From positions 3,856-67,855 of the forward strand of contig DF237452.1 of the NCBI GenBank assembly GCA_000708835.1: a DNA stretch of 64,000 nt, given 5' to 3'. Under the pieces are notes generated by a model that was not told the origin of the DNA, searched no databases, and worked only from the letters and a program-made list of their open reading frames with translations. Shown here in pieces: positions 49,059 through 60,161 of this stretch. The stretch's first letter is position 1. Each line of letters opens with the position of its first letter. This stretch comes from Klebsormidium nitens. Lineage: Eukaryota > Plantae > Klebsormidiophyceae. The position numbers and the translations under genes are program-made.

Positions 49059-52000
49059 CTATGTGTTCCCCGGTTCGTCGCTGTTCCATATGCTCCATCC
49101 CCATTTGAGGTTTCCTTTGCTGAGCGGGCTCCTGTTACTGCCCTCCGCCGACTTTCCTGGGTGGACCTCCCAGAAGATGACTTGCTTTCCGACTTCAGTA
49201 ACGTTGGACTGCAGTGAAGAAGACATGTTACACTTCAGCAGCAACAGATTATTACGTGCTGTTGCACACGAGATTGCTCCTTCGGGCGTGCTTGCTTGAG
49301 CAACGACTTGAAATGTCGTAGAGAGCAATCTAAGATGCGATACCGGGAAGAAACATCTATGAAGACAAAAGACCCGACTGTCTGCAATGCGTGACTTTCT
49401 CGACGAGATTAAAGCAACATAAGTTCTCGAGCGAAATCGACGACAGCGTCGTGACGCCAAAGATTTCCCGAAACGCCGCAACAAAGGTTCAGAACAGAAG
49501 GAGTGGCAGACCTTGCCGTCACCCGCAACAGCCGTAGACGTGACTGACGTTGGAACCAGTCAGAAGACCAACGGTTCTTCGAAAGTAACAAACCTTGCAA
49601 ACAGCCCAAAATGAAACCGGAAACATGTACAGTTCAGGAGGTGACAAAGGGCTAAGCGCAAAGAAAGAAAACGTACCTGTATGTACGAGTTGATGAAGGC
49701 ATCATTCTCAAGGACGAAGTATTTGACCTTGGTGTACGAGGAGCTTCCTGCGCCGCGGACGATTCGCCGGCCCTTGAACAGTAACGCCTCGTTGATGTCG
49801 ACCTGCTGCGTTACGCCCGCCTGCAGACGGGGCGAGGCACCGGAAAGGGTTGAGCAAGGGCTTTTTAGATGGGCAGTTTGGGTGGCTTTATACTGAACGG
49901 ATGTGGGAAACGAATCTTTCGATAGTACTGCAACCGTGCCTAAACTCACTTGGAAGAAACTCCGCGGCGGAATATGCTAAGCAGACTTGGATTCAGAAGT
50001 AGGCTGAAAGGGAACGAAAGGGGTGACCTCGACCTGCAGAACGGGACACGTATCGCAATCGTGCAAGTGCGGCAGAAAAGGTCGAGTGATCTTTGAGCGC
50101 CGGGCTGATAAGAAGGCGCTTCGCTGCGCAGAAGGTTTCATCGTACATACGAAGGTGGGCAGAATGCGCCGGAAAAGCTCCCAACGATTGACTTTTCAAG
50201 GGGACTGCCCAGTCGCCGTTGTTACAAAGACCCTGGACATGCGCACTGCATTGATTTCCACTGTGAAGAAACCACGCAACAGGTACCTAGAGAAAGTTCT
50301 ACGTCACGAAATTCAGAGACCAGCGAAACTAGATGGAAAGCACATTGGAGGAAAGCGGATAAGCGATACATTTGAAAGACAGATCCCAAGTATCGAATCT
50401 CAAGCACTTCGAACAACAAGGCTTCTTGAGAAGGAGGTCGTTGAGAATTTTGACCTGAGGTCCGCCAAACCAAACGGGCTTCGTTTTAAAGAGCATTGAC
50501 TTTCAAGCGTTTGCAAAGCAGCGGGGTCACGTTTACGGTAGACCCAACCTTATTCCAGGCGGGTTCGCAGCAAACGACTACAGAAGCGGTGTTGAATCTT
50601 GCTCAGTCTCCGAAGCCCTTACGGGTCCAAGTACGCCTTCACGTTCTCCCAATCCAAAGTTCTCGCAAAGAGATGCAATGGCAAGTTTGTCCATAAAAAT
50701 ATCGCACCAGTCGACCGAATAAGCTCAACTCATGTAATGATCGGACGCTATTTTTGATCTCCATTTTGCGCCAAGGCAAATTGTCCTCGTTCCACTTTGA
50801 CGAACTCACCTGCACAAAGGCCTCGCACACCTCCTTCAGCTCCGACCCACGGAGGGCGGGGTTGCCCGGGGGCATGATCACCGTGTCTGGAGAGGTTAAG
50901 TCGAGGCACCCGGTTAAGTCCCCCCGGGTTAGGGCGTGGTTGAAGTCGCTCCATCGCTCGCGCAACGAGCAGTACAATGACTGCAAGGCAGGAAGAGAAA
51001 GGCATGTGCTTAGGAACCTGGTTAGCTTTGAACAAGCGTCCTTCTATCGCGCAAGTTCGTAACTTCATACCCGCTTAAACTCTCCCGGGCTAAGGAGTGG
51101 CTAAAGTCGCTCCACCGCTCGGGCAACGAGCAGTACAGTGACTGCAAGGCACGTAGAAAAAGGCAAGTGGTTAGGAAGGTGGTTAGCTTTGACCAAGCGT
51201 CCTTCCCTCGCGCATGTTCGTAACAGTTCAGATGGTTACCCGCTTAGATTCCCCCGGGTTAGGGCGTGATTGAAATAGCTCGACCGCTCGCGCAACAAGT
51301 CGTACAGCGCATGCAAGGCACGAAGGAAAAGGCGCATGGTTAGCAAGTTGGGTAGTTTTGACCAGGCAACTCTCTGACTTGCAGATTTCGGTACAGATAT
51401 CAGACACCCGCTTAAGCTTCCTAGGTCAGCGCGTAGCCAGATCTGATCCACCGTTTGCGTAACAAACGATTCAACCTGTGCAAGGTACAAAGAGAGCCTT
51501 GGTTTGAAAAGGTGGTTGGCTTTGATCCAGCGTCCTTCTCACACGCAAGTGTGAGCCTAACCGTCAAGAAACAAAATAGTTTGTTGTGCACTGCCGCCGA
51601 CCGTCGAAAGCGCTGCACCGCTCGCGCAACGAGCAGTACAAAAACTGCAATTGACAGCAAAAAAGCGTGGTTATATTTCACCGAGTCTACCTCGCAAATT
51701 TGTGGGCTTCCCTTCAGGTACCCCAAGCAGGCCCTCGTGCATCAGCTCATGGTCGAAAAGGACTCCACCGCTCGTAAAAGAACGGAGGAGAACCTGTCAG
51801 AGCGCAAAGGCCGGACTGTCTGGTGCAGCGTATTGACGTTAAGTACTCGGAATTAAAGGTGGGTGGTCAACCGCCCCACCGCTTGCCTGCTCCGTGACTT
51901 GGAACACGGCTACTCAGGACATAGACACGGGAACGTGTCGATAAGCGTAAACCAGGGCACCCGGTCAAGTTTCTCAGATTTGGACAGATGCCAGAAGGGC

Positions 52001-55000
52001 TGTAGCGCTCGCGCTCTTCGCCAAAAAGCCGCCGCAGGAACCAAAACGAACGAGGTAATGAGGTTAGGGTTACTTGACGATTCGAAGGCACTCGATGGAG
52101 TTTCTCGGATTCAGGGCGTATTTGTAGACGCTCCGCCATATTCCGAGCTCACAGTACAGCAATTGCGGGAGACAAAGGGAAGAGACCCGACGTAGATGGA
52201 GCGGGCGAAAGCAGTCAGGCTTGCTCTTGTCGTGAGAAAGTGTCCAACGACCAGGTCGTTTCCATCGAGGCTCACGATTGGAGGGACATGAGCATAACTT
52301 CGCGTTTTCCTTGAGTTCGAAGTATGTTTCCACATAGTCTTCTTTGTCTCCTTTGCCCTCGTTAGCAAGGCTGTAGGCACTGACTGAGAGCTGGGCGACT
52401 AAGCTGGGTTCAACGGTTCTCAGGACATTCATGCCACACCGAACCCTTCCGTTTGACCGACTGATTATGTTATATTAGTCCGAGATCAAATTTCCAACCC
52501 TCGTTGCACGCGACAAAAGCGGAGGTAATAGTTGCGCCCAACGGTGACCACACGTTTAGCAGCCTCGCTGCCCTGCTCAAACTTCGAATTTCCAGCGCTA
52601 TGTGCCCCTGAAAACCCCACTGACGGATGCGTAGACGCACGCGGTTACTGTCGCCCAATTTGTTACAGTTTGATCGAAAGACTCGAAAGGAAAGACGACG
52701 TTTGGTCTTCTCCAGGAAGAACGGGTTAACACGACTTTCAGCCATAGAAAACATGACATTCAGCCAAAACAAGGTAGACATGCAGCCGAACGCGATAGCA
52801 TTTTCGCCTCCCGCGAAGGGGCGTCAATACGCAGACCAGAATCCGATTCGCTGGGGCCCCTGCGTAAAGGGGTCCAAACCAAGAAAATCTCCAAAGAAGT
52901 TCGGGAGATAATGGAACAAGGAGAGGAAAGCGACAGGGGGAGGAAATCACACGGAGGGGAAGACCTTCGGCAGATCGTCTCCGAAAAGGGAGCAGAACAA
53001 GTGCACTCGGAATATCACGCGTCTAAACGTCAGCAGACCTTATCAACCCCGTTTTCCAAACGGGGTTGATAGTATAGCCGAAAACAAGCACAAAGAAGAG
53101 AAAAGGTCATGCCTCGATATCAAGATAGGGGAAATTATGCAAGTTAGAACCCGACAGGAAAGAAAGAAACAGAAAGAAGGAAACAACAATCAAGACCTTA
53201 CCCTAAGAGACGAACTTTCTAACTCCTCCGCTGCTTGACGCTCCATTCCCCCTCTTCGCACGCCCCCAATTGTGCCTTGGGGGCTTCTCAGAGAAGCGGA
53301 TACGCTATCTCCATCGTCGTTCCAAATCCACCATCTGATCATCAGCCGGCCTTTGGCATCGTCCGCCTCGGACTCTAGGTTAGCCTCGGTTTGCGCTAAC
53401 CCCGGAAGGAGCTGCCATAAAATGACGGCCTTTCCACCCTGGGTTACTCCCTGCATGACGAAGATCCTGAAGTTAGGAATCATTGTCAGACCCCGGAGTG
53501 GTTTTGAGTGGTTAAGTTGCTGGTCACTGCTGACCCAATTAAGAAGCGACCAGAGGGTCTCGGCCTTACCGTCTTGGGTCGCCCCCTCCACGCCAATGAT
53601 TGTTTTCGGAATAGTGATAGTGCTGAACCTTGGTTCTTTGGGAGATTCAGTTACTGGTCAGAGCCATCGGGCAGACATTTGTCCTGAATCTCGCCGGCTC
53701 CACGGATCCACAAAGAATTGTCAAACGGATTATTCTTTTTATGCGAAATCTATGGACCTTCTCTAACCCGAAAAGGTTTTTGGGCTGGCTCTCGGTTTCC
53801 AATTTTTAGCTAGAGGCCTTACGTCAGCTTTGAAGAAGAGAAGGCCCATACACTTTTGGAAGCGCAGGCCTTCCTGGAGCGCCCGCAGCTATTCTCGTTA
53901 ACTGCAGAGCCCTTTCAGGTAGATTGACATAGTGGACCTCGAAATCAACACTGAGGTGGCTGTCACAATCTCCTTGACGTCACAACCATGAAGTGAGCTA
54001 CACGTTGCTCCGTCTTCTCTTCGACATCCTCAGAAACAGAAAAAAGGAAATAGGTGTTGCAGGCAGCGAGTTAGCCTTGGAGGAAGCTAACCCAAGAGAC
54101 GCAAACAGCAGCAATCTGCAGCAGAAAAACACTCTGTAGATTTGCCACGTCCAATGCTCATAGAAAGCGAATCGCTTTCATTGTTCATCGAAGCCAGCTG
54201 GTGAGAGGGCCGCAGTGAACTGTCGACAAGAGCCCAAACTCACTCTTCCATTCATGACTGGAAAGGAGTTCCGGGTCAGGAGGAACCGCGATGTGTCGGG
54301 GTCGTTCTGGCCCTTGAGACGGACCTCCCGCAGTTGGATCACCTCCTCTTGAATGACGCTCCGATGGCCCTGAAACCAGTGACACCGCGTTTGTTAATTC
54401 AGCAGATTTCCTCGAATTTCCCAAAAATGGTTATGCACATAGCGGCCAAAAAAGGCTGTTCATACTGCGGGCTTGAAGGTTCGGAGCAGAAACTTCTATT
54501 GCTTGGTCAATTGACAGTACACCTCGACTCTTTTTGAACCGGAGATGGTCGAGTTGGAACACCTGGACATGAAGAGAGAACGTCAGCAGATGGAAAATAT
54601 ATCCGCGGGAACAGCAAAGAGGATCCTAAGATTGCGGACTTGAGGGTAACACTCTTGGTTTCTGGTTGCAACCCATGTTATTCCTTTTGACCATATAGTA
54701 TAAGCAAACAAGCAATAATAAAGCCTTAGCCTGGGGCGACTTCTGGTCTTCACAAACCGTACATCCGCCTACCTAGTCAATATTGAGAAGTTGTAGAGTT
54801 CAGGCTTCCTGTACCCTGGACTCCTCGACTTCTCTTGACATGCTCCGGCAGTATCTATTTTAAGCCCACAACAATTTGTCTTTTTGCTGATCTCCCCTCA
54901 ATGCACAATTAAAGGATAGAATCTGGACCATGCACAAGGTAACTCCGGGGATATCCCTTCCGAACCTTGACAGTTGCTGTGCCCGCACATAGTGTGGCCT

Positions 55001-55845
55001 AGCTGGATGTGCATGATTGGATGTGTTTGTCAAAGGGCGCACGCTGTCGCAATGTTGTGTTACGCTTGCTTTGGACCCATTCTCCCAAATCACTTAGGTA
55101 ATCCGCTTTGATCTGTCACATGCTCTGGAGGCTGGGTTTGAAACATCACTGGGTAAATTTCTGAAGACTTGCTCATATCTTTAAATCCTTGCTCACGTCT
55201 CTGGAGTCCGTCCTAAAATCCGGCCAACCTCTTATGCGACCTGCTCACCTTCTCCATGAAGAGCGTTTGGAGAGCAAAGACTAGGGCAGCGCCGTGCCCT
55301 TGCACTCTTGGCCGGCCGGGCGCATCCACCTTCACATTTGGTGCGCAAAAGCGCAGCAGTTCCTGCACATTTCCTGTTGCAAGCACTTGGTTCAATTTTC
55401 TCAATTGCTCTTGCAGTGCTACGTCCAAGCTGGAACTCTTCAGCACAAGTGAGTCTCCATCTTCAATTTCTAGCTGCTCTCCTGTCTGAGGCTTGCCAGT
55501 GAAGGTTCTTTGCTTCAGAAGGCTGCTCAATAGTTCGCTTCCTCGCAAACTGACACTGGATTGAAAGGACAAGAGTTGCTGTGAAAGAGTGCGGGGCACG
55601 GTGTCACGTGCTTCAGAGGCTATCTCTGTTCGGGCTGGCTGCAAGTCTGCGTGCTGGAGCTCAGCCTTTGACACCATTGCTTCGACACCACCACCACCAC
55701 CACCTTCACCACGGTGATAGAGCTGAATGAGCCCTTGTGTCAAGTCAGTGCCCACCAAAAAGAGCAGGACGAAGAGGCTCAGTTTCGCGTGCCCAAGCTT
55801 GCCTTGAGCCAAGCGGGCCACCACTTTGCATTGGCCAGTCCTCAT
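49059..55845 (-). CDS. Uncharacterised type II membrane/secretory protein with two tandem NTF2/SnoaL-like (DUF4440-like) domains, about 478 aa
   Basis: Exons 55845-55249, 54369-54244, 53450-53202, 50980-50810, 49820-49677, 49208-49059; all introns phase 0. Hydrophobic LSLFVLLFLVG near the N-terminus. Repeat 1: LRKLNQVLATGNVQELLRFCAPNVKVDAPGRPRVQG...EVIQLREVRLKG...GKAVILWQLLPG...IRWWIWNDD. Repeat 2: WSDFNHALTRGDLTGCLDLTSPDTVIMPPGNPALRG...QVDINEALLFKG...GKQVIFWEVHPG...WGWSIWNSD. The fold call is pattern recognition only. Confidence 0.72.
51063..51660 (-). repeat. Three decayed copies (about 165-bp unit) of the acceptor and 5' half of the exon at 50980-50810
   Basis: gccttgcag|tcattgtactgctcgttgcgcgagcg is echoed near 51141, 51311 and 51645, with neighbouring intron sequence also repeated. 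Confidence 0.88.
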
Positions 55846-58190
55846 CTCGCCAGTTTCTGATTGAAAAGCAGCACGAAAAAGACCGCTGCCGCTATCGACT
55901 GCTCTTTCAGCGCCTTTCTAGTATTTCTGGTGTGGCCACCTCAAGTGAACGTCTGTTCAATGCATGCACTTTTTATGCATATCACTCGCAAGGGATTATG
56001 CTGCAGGACGCATTTATCCAAGTCTCCATGCACCATGGTGAAAAACAACTCAGAACGCCTTCTCTTTGTCCTGTTTGGTCCGCCTTTCTTCCAAGCCAAT
56101 CCTGGTATCATGCGGAGGTTGGTGGTTCACGAACCTATTGGACGCTGACAGCCGTCCGATGAACATTCTCAGTGACTTTGAACGGCCCCCGCGGCGGCTC
56201 AATATTGGTAAGGCTTCTCCGGCGAGAAGTTGGAAACGGTTAGAGTACTGCTAAAAGGAGTGCCTCTCTAGTTCCCAGCTTTTGCTGCAAAGGTCCTATA
56301 CAGGCTCAGGTTCAACTTCATGACGACGACGTCTCGTCCAAAGCTGGCGTTCTTTACGTTTGAAAGGGCACAACGTAAGTGACTCACCAAGTAGAAGTTA
56401 GGTCAGAGTCTAGAGAGCTTCTTTGGGCGTCCTGAGTTGCTGTTCCAGCTTCAGTATCTGCTTCACAGGACATTTCCTACGCAGTCCCACGAAGAGGGTT
56501 TTCAGGAGACTCCCCCCTCATCAGACGAATTAGTTTATCCTTCCACCTGCGCAGTAATCAGGAAGAGAAGCAAAGGGGTTAACGGGAGCGAAGCACATTT
56601 TTGCTGCTCTGGAACACCTCGGTAGGGTTGTCTTTGGCCACGAGAAGCGGCCCCTTGATTGAGCAATGCCGCGACGGAGGTACCAGCCCGTGGGTCCGAA
56701 CGAGAGGTTGCCGGACGTTGGGGCGCAGCGGTACATTGTGAAGCGCAGCAAGCGCTGCAATTATGCAATGAGCATCACAAAGGTGCGAGCGCACGGATTT
56801 CTAGAGATTATACATTTTCTCCCCCACCCTAATCCCCCTAACTAACCCCACCCGTTCGAGAATTAAAATCTGAGCTTCTTATAAGTAAGCTGGAGACAAA
56901 TGGACGGCGAAAAAGACTCGGGGGTTTTCCTTCGACTTCTTTCCACCGTCGTCTTTTCTGTCCGAATTCAAGCTCTATCTTTTGCCTCTATATTTCTCTT
57001 CAACTTTCTGTCTCTCCCATTATTCTCCAGTTGTTTTCTTGATCTGTTGGCAGGCAAAAACTAATTCAGTCTCTGGAAGCCGCAAGCTAAGGTGAGTTAG
57101 ATCAGGTTTACTTTATTCTCGATTCACAACAATTAATACTTTGCCATTTACTGGAGTGCATCCGGTGGCAGTCGCTGCCTCTGCACTTGGGCGCACCATA
57201 TCTTTGCGAGCTTCCTTATTCTAACTAGAAGGACCACGCTCCTCTTTCTGGAACTTCAGCAACCCAGAGTGAAATCTGGGTTTCTTCCTGCATCGACCTT
57301 CCTTCTCCTCAACGATCAAATCACCATGGTCAGCCCTGCTTGCCAGCTTTTTCCTAGTGAAGATTGAAGGAGTTTGAGCCACGTTTCATCAACTTTGGAT
57401 GTGGCAAGATCAAATACCCGTTCTTGAAAAGAGCACTGCAGTGCAAGTCCATCTTTTTGCTGTGATGAATGCCACACGAGTGTCCTCAATAACAGGGCTG
57501 TGGTTGGAATAGAACAGACCATGCGTTTGGCGAGCAGCGACTTCATTGTGTTTGGATCGAGTGATAACTCTTGACAGAGTTCTGATATACTTATCATATT
57601 CTGTCGTGGTCAGATTGGCAAAGGCGCAAGGAATGCACGCAGACAGAGTTTCATCTCCATCTCTACTCCTTCTCCTCTCCCTTATCTTCTCTGTTGTCTT
57701 TCTTAATGTCTCATATTGTTCGATTAACAAGGCTGCAGATGTCAGCCTTTCCCTTTGATGATATTGTTGAAGTTTGCAGCCTCGGAATCTCTTGTAACAA
57801 TCGAGCGGTCCCCAACTTTTTAAGATGTCAGTGGCTTGCAGGCTAAACAGGGTGACCAAAAAAGGACTGTCGAGAAGCATCTTTTTGTTGCGTGTGTCAG
57901 CTTTTCATACTCGCCGCCAACATCAATCTGAAACGGCTCTCAGAGCATAAAGTCTCTCAAAATTTGCACCCTGATTGGCAGGCGCAAGAATCAGTAGCCT
58001 TTTCACAAACCCTGCCAAAAAGGTTCAAGGAGTTCTCGTAATTCGATCAAACCCAACGATGCTTCCCAATCCGCAAATCCTGTCGACTTCCGATGAACAA
58101 AGTGAAGCCTAAAAAAGGAACATATACACTAGTTACCTTCGAACAGACACGGAGCAGTCTTACAGAATCATCTGGCGGGGAAAACTAAGC

Positions 58191-60161
58191 ATGGCTCTCT
58201 TCTTGTTGCAGCACCCAGACCCGATTGGCGAGTCTCTCGCGCAAGAGGCCTGGTTGGAATCGTTTGAGGGGTACGGCCCGCCCGGAATGGCCAAGCCGAC
58301 AAAGTTTTTAGGGCTTCAGGTGAGGGTTCCGCAGGCCTTTGAGCATCACTACATGTGGAGGGCTAGCTAAATTGCAGAATCAGAATAGGTCCACTGAAGA
58401 GAGATAATGATAACAGAAGGAACGACACCTATATGCCTAGTCTTGCAGCACCTAGCAGGTAGGTGTTCTGCAGGCCAATTGCTTATAGAGAGGGTTAAGA
58501 AGATTGCATTCGAAACAGGCCAAGCGATGACGAGTGTAAGGTTATTCTTGCGGCACCTACCAAGCAGCGAGGGTTCCGCAGGCCACTCGTTTGTCACAGA
58601 GGGTTAGCTAAATCGCATTTCGAACAGAACAGAACAGAAGGGTTGACAGCAGTATGTTTACTTCTGCGGCACCTAGTTAGATGTTCAGGGTTGATCACAG
58701 GAGCACGAGTTGGCAGGGGGACGAATGAAAGGCGAAGCGCTGCCGTTTCCTTTTTCAACCGAAACCCGACAGAGCGGAAGAAAGGAGAACAGGGACTCCA
58801 GGCAGATTCTCTAGGGGCCCCCCTTCCATTTTAAGCCCTTCGATTGACGATCATTGGGGAATCTGATCAGCCCAGACCGTCGATCCTAGGGGGTAATGGC
58901 TAGGTGGGGTCCCATACGTCGGCTTGGTAATCCACGTCATCCCCTCTTCCTGTCTAAGTTGACACGCAGATTGTCATCAATGATGACGTATCCTGTTCCT
59001 GCTCGTCTCCAGGTGTGGCCCCCACCGTTTGCGGCGGCGCTAAGTCCAATCGGAAAAGAGATCGGGACGGTCGGAAAGGTACGTTCCTCACCAGGTTCTG
59101 TGTGCTAGGCACAAGACGCGTGCTTATGCGCGCAACTGCCAGTTGATTGGTCCTTTCGTGCCTTCAACGGCGAAGTGTTCGAAGCACGTTCTTTGGCGAT
59201 GATAGGACGCTGGTCGTAAGTGTCAACCGGTAACTCGTCTGCTGCGATTGTCGAGGGAAGCTTGCGCGCTCGTCACTTATCAGTGCGGTATTCACAAATC
59301 GCCCAGGTCCATTCTGCTTCGGTGCTTCATCCTTGAACTTAAGAGAACAGAAAATGGAAGTCGGCGCCCGGTTCACTTGTTCTTACTGGTCCAGCGTCAA
59401 TCTTGAACGGCGACAAATGAAGCATCGGACCTGTCACCTTCGGCGGTTGCCCGAGATGCTCCGTCTTTAGCCGCGTGCTTCGAAATTTGGAGCGAAAACT
59501 TACCTTGAGGTCGCCTATCCCCAGCCGGAAGAGTTTTGCGGCACCAAACCCTCAGTTTCAGGAGACACGATCTGGTGTCGTCTCGTCGAGGCAACAACAT
59601 CTGCTAGTATTGTTAAGCAGCCCGTTTCTAAGCGGTCCGATGTTAGAAAAGAAAAGAGCGCGATCCTCATTGTAAGGGTTTCAAGTACAAGGGCACGTCA
59701 TAGTTCCTGAGTGCAAATCTTCGAACTTGAGATGTGAGCTGATTGACAGGATACTCACTTCCGGCAAATGGGAGAAGAGCAGTGGTCTGATTGTTGATTC
59801 TGCCAATTCTTTGCCTGTAAAGTCAAGTTTCTCCGACAGGCTGAGCCAGCGCTTGTCTACTAGCGAACCCGCCCACGAAACGAGAGGCACCGCCAGCTCA
59901 TTACGAGGTACCGCCACATTTGAAACGTCAGATGTTTGCGGTAAAAGAAGTACCTTTCTGAATACCTCCCAATCTGACAGGTGCAAATGGCTGGACACAA
60001 GATTGTCTACGAAGTGAGTTTAGCTTCTCCGATTGTAGTCCGTTTCTAGTCGTCATCCGTACATCCACGCCTGTTTTCCTACCCTACAGGTCGTTTTAAA
60101 ATTCAGCGAACTTATCGAAGCGGGGCTCCCGGGGGGCGGCCGGCGCGACGAGGACGAGTAG
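58191..60161 (+). CDS. Small hypothetical spliced protein; N-terminus uncertain
   Basis: Phase-0 exons with canonical sites: 58212-58319 (HPDPIGESLAQEAWLESFEGYGPPGMAKPTKFLGLQ), 59013-59078 (VWPPPFAAALSPIGKEIGTVGK) and 60090-60161 (VVLKFSELIEAGLPGGGRRDEDE*). In-frame ATGs at 58191 and within the first exon. Possible upstream exons end at 56883 and span 57054-57091. No family recognised. Confidence 0.45.
58440..58680 (+). repeat. Decayed copies of the donor-side intron start after 58319
   Basis: gagggttccgcaggcc...gagggttagctaaat(t/c)gca and gc(g/a)gcaccta recur two to three times. Confidence 0.7.

Noticed and set aside
49235-49381. Alternative last exon (TVGSFVFIDV...) for the SnoaL-like gene
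   Set aside because: The exon at 49208-49059 mirrors repeat 1 motif for motif; this one does not.
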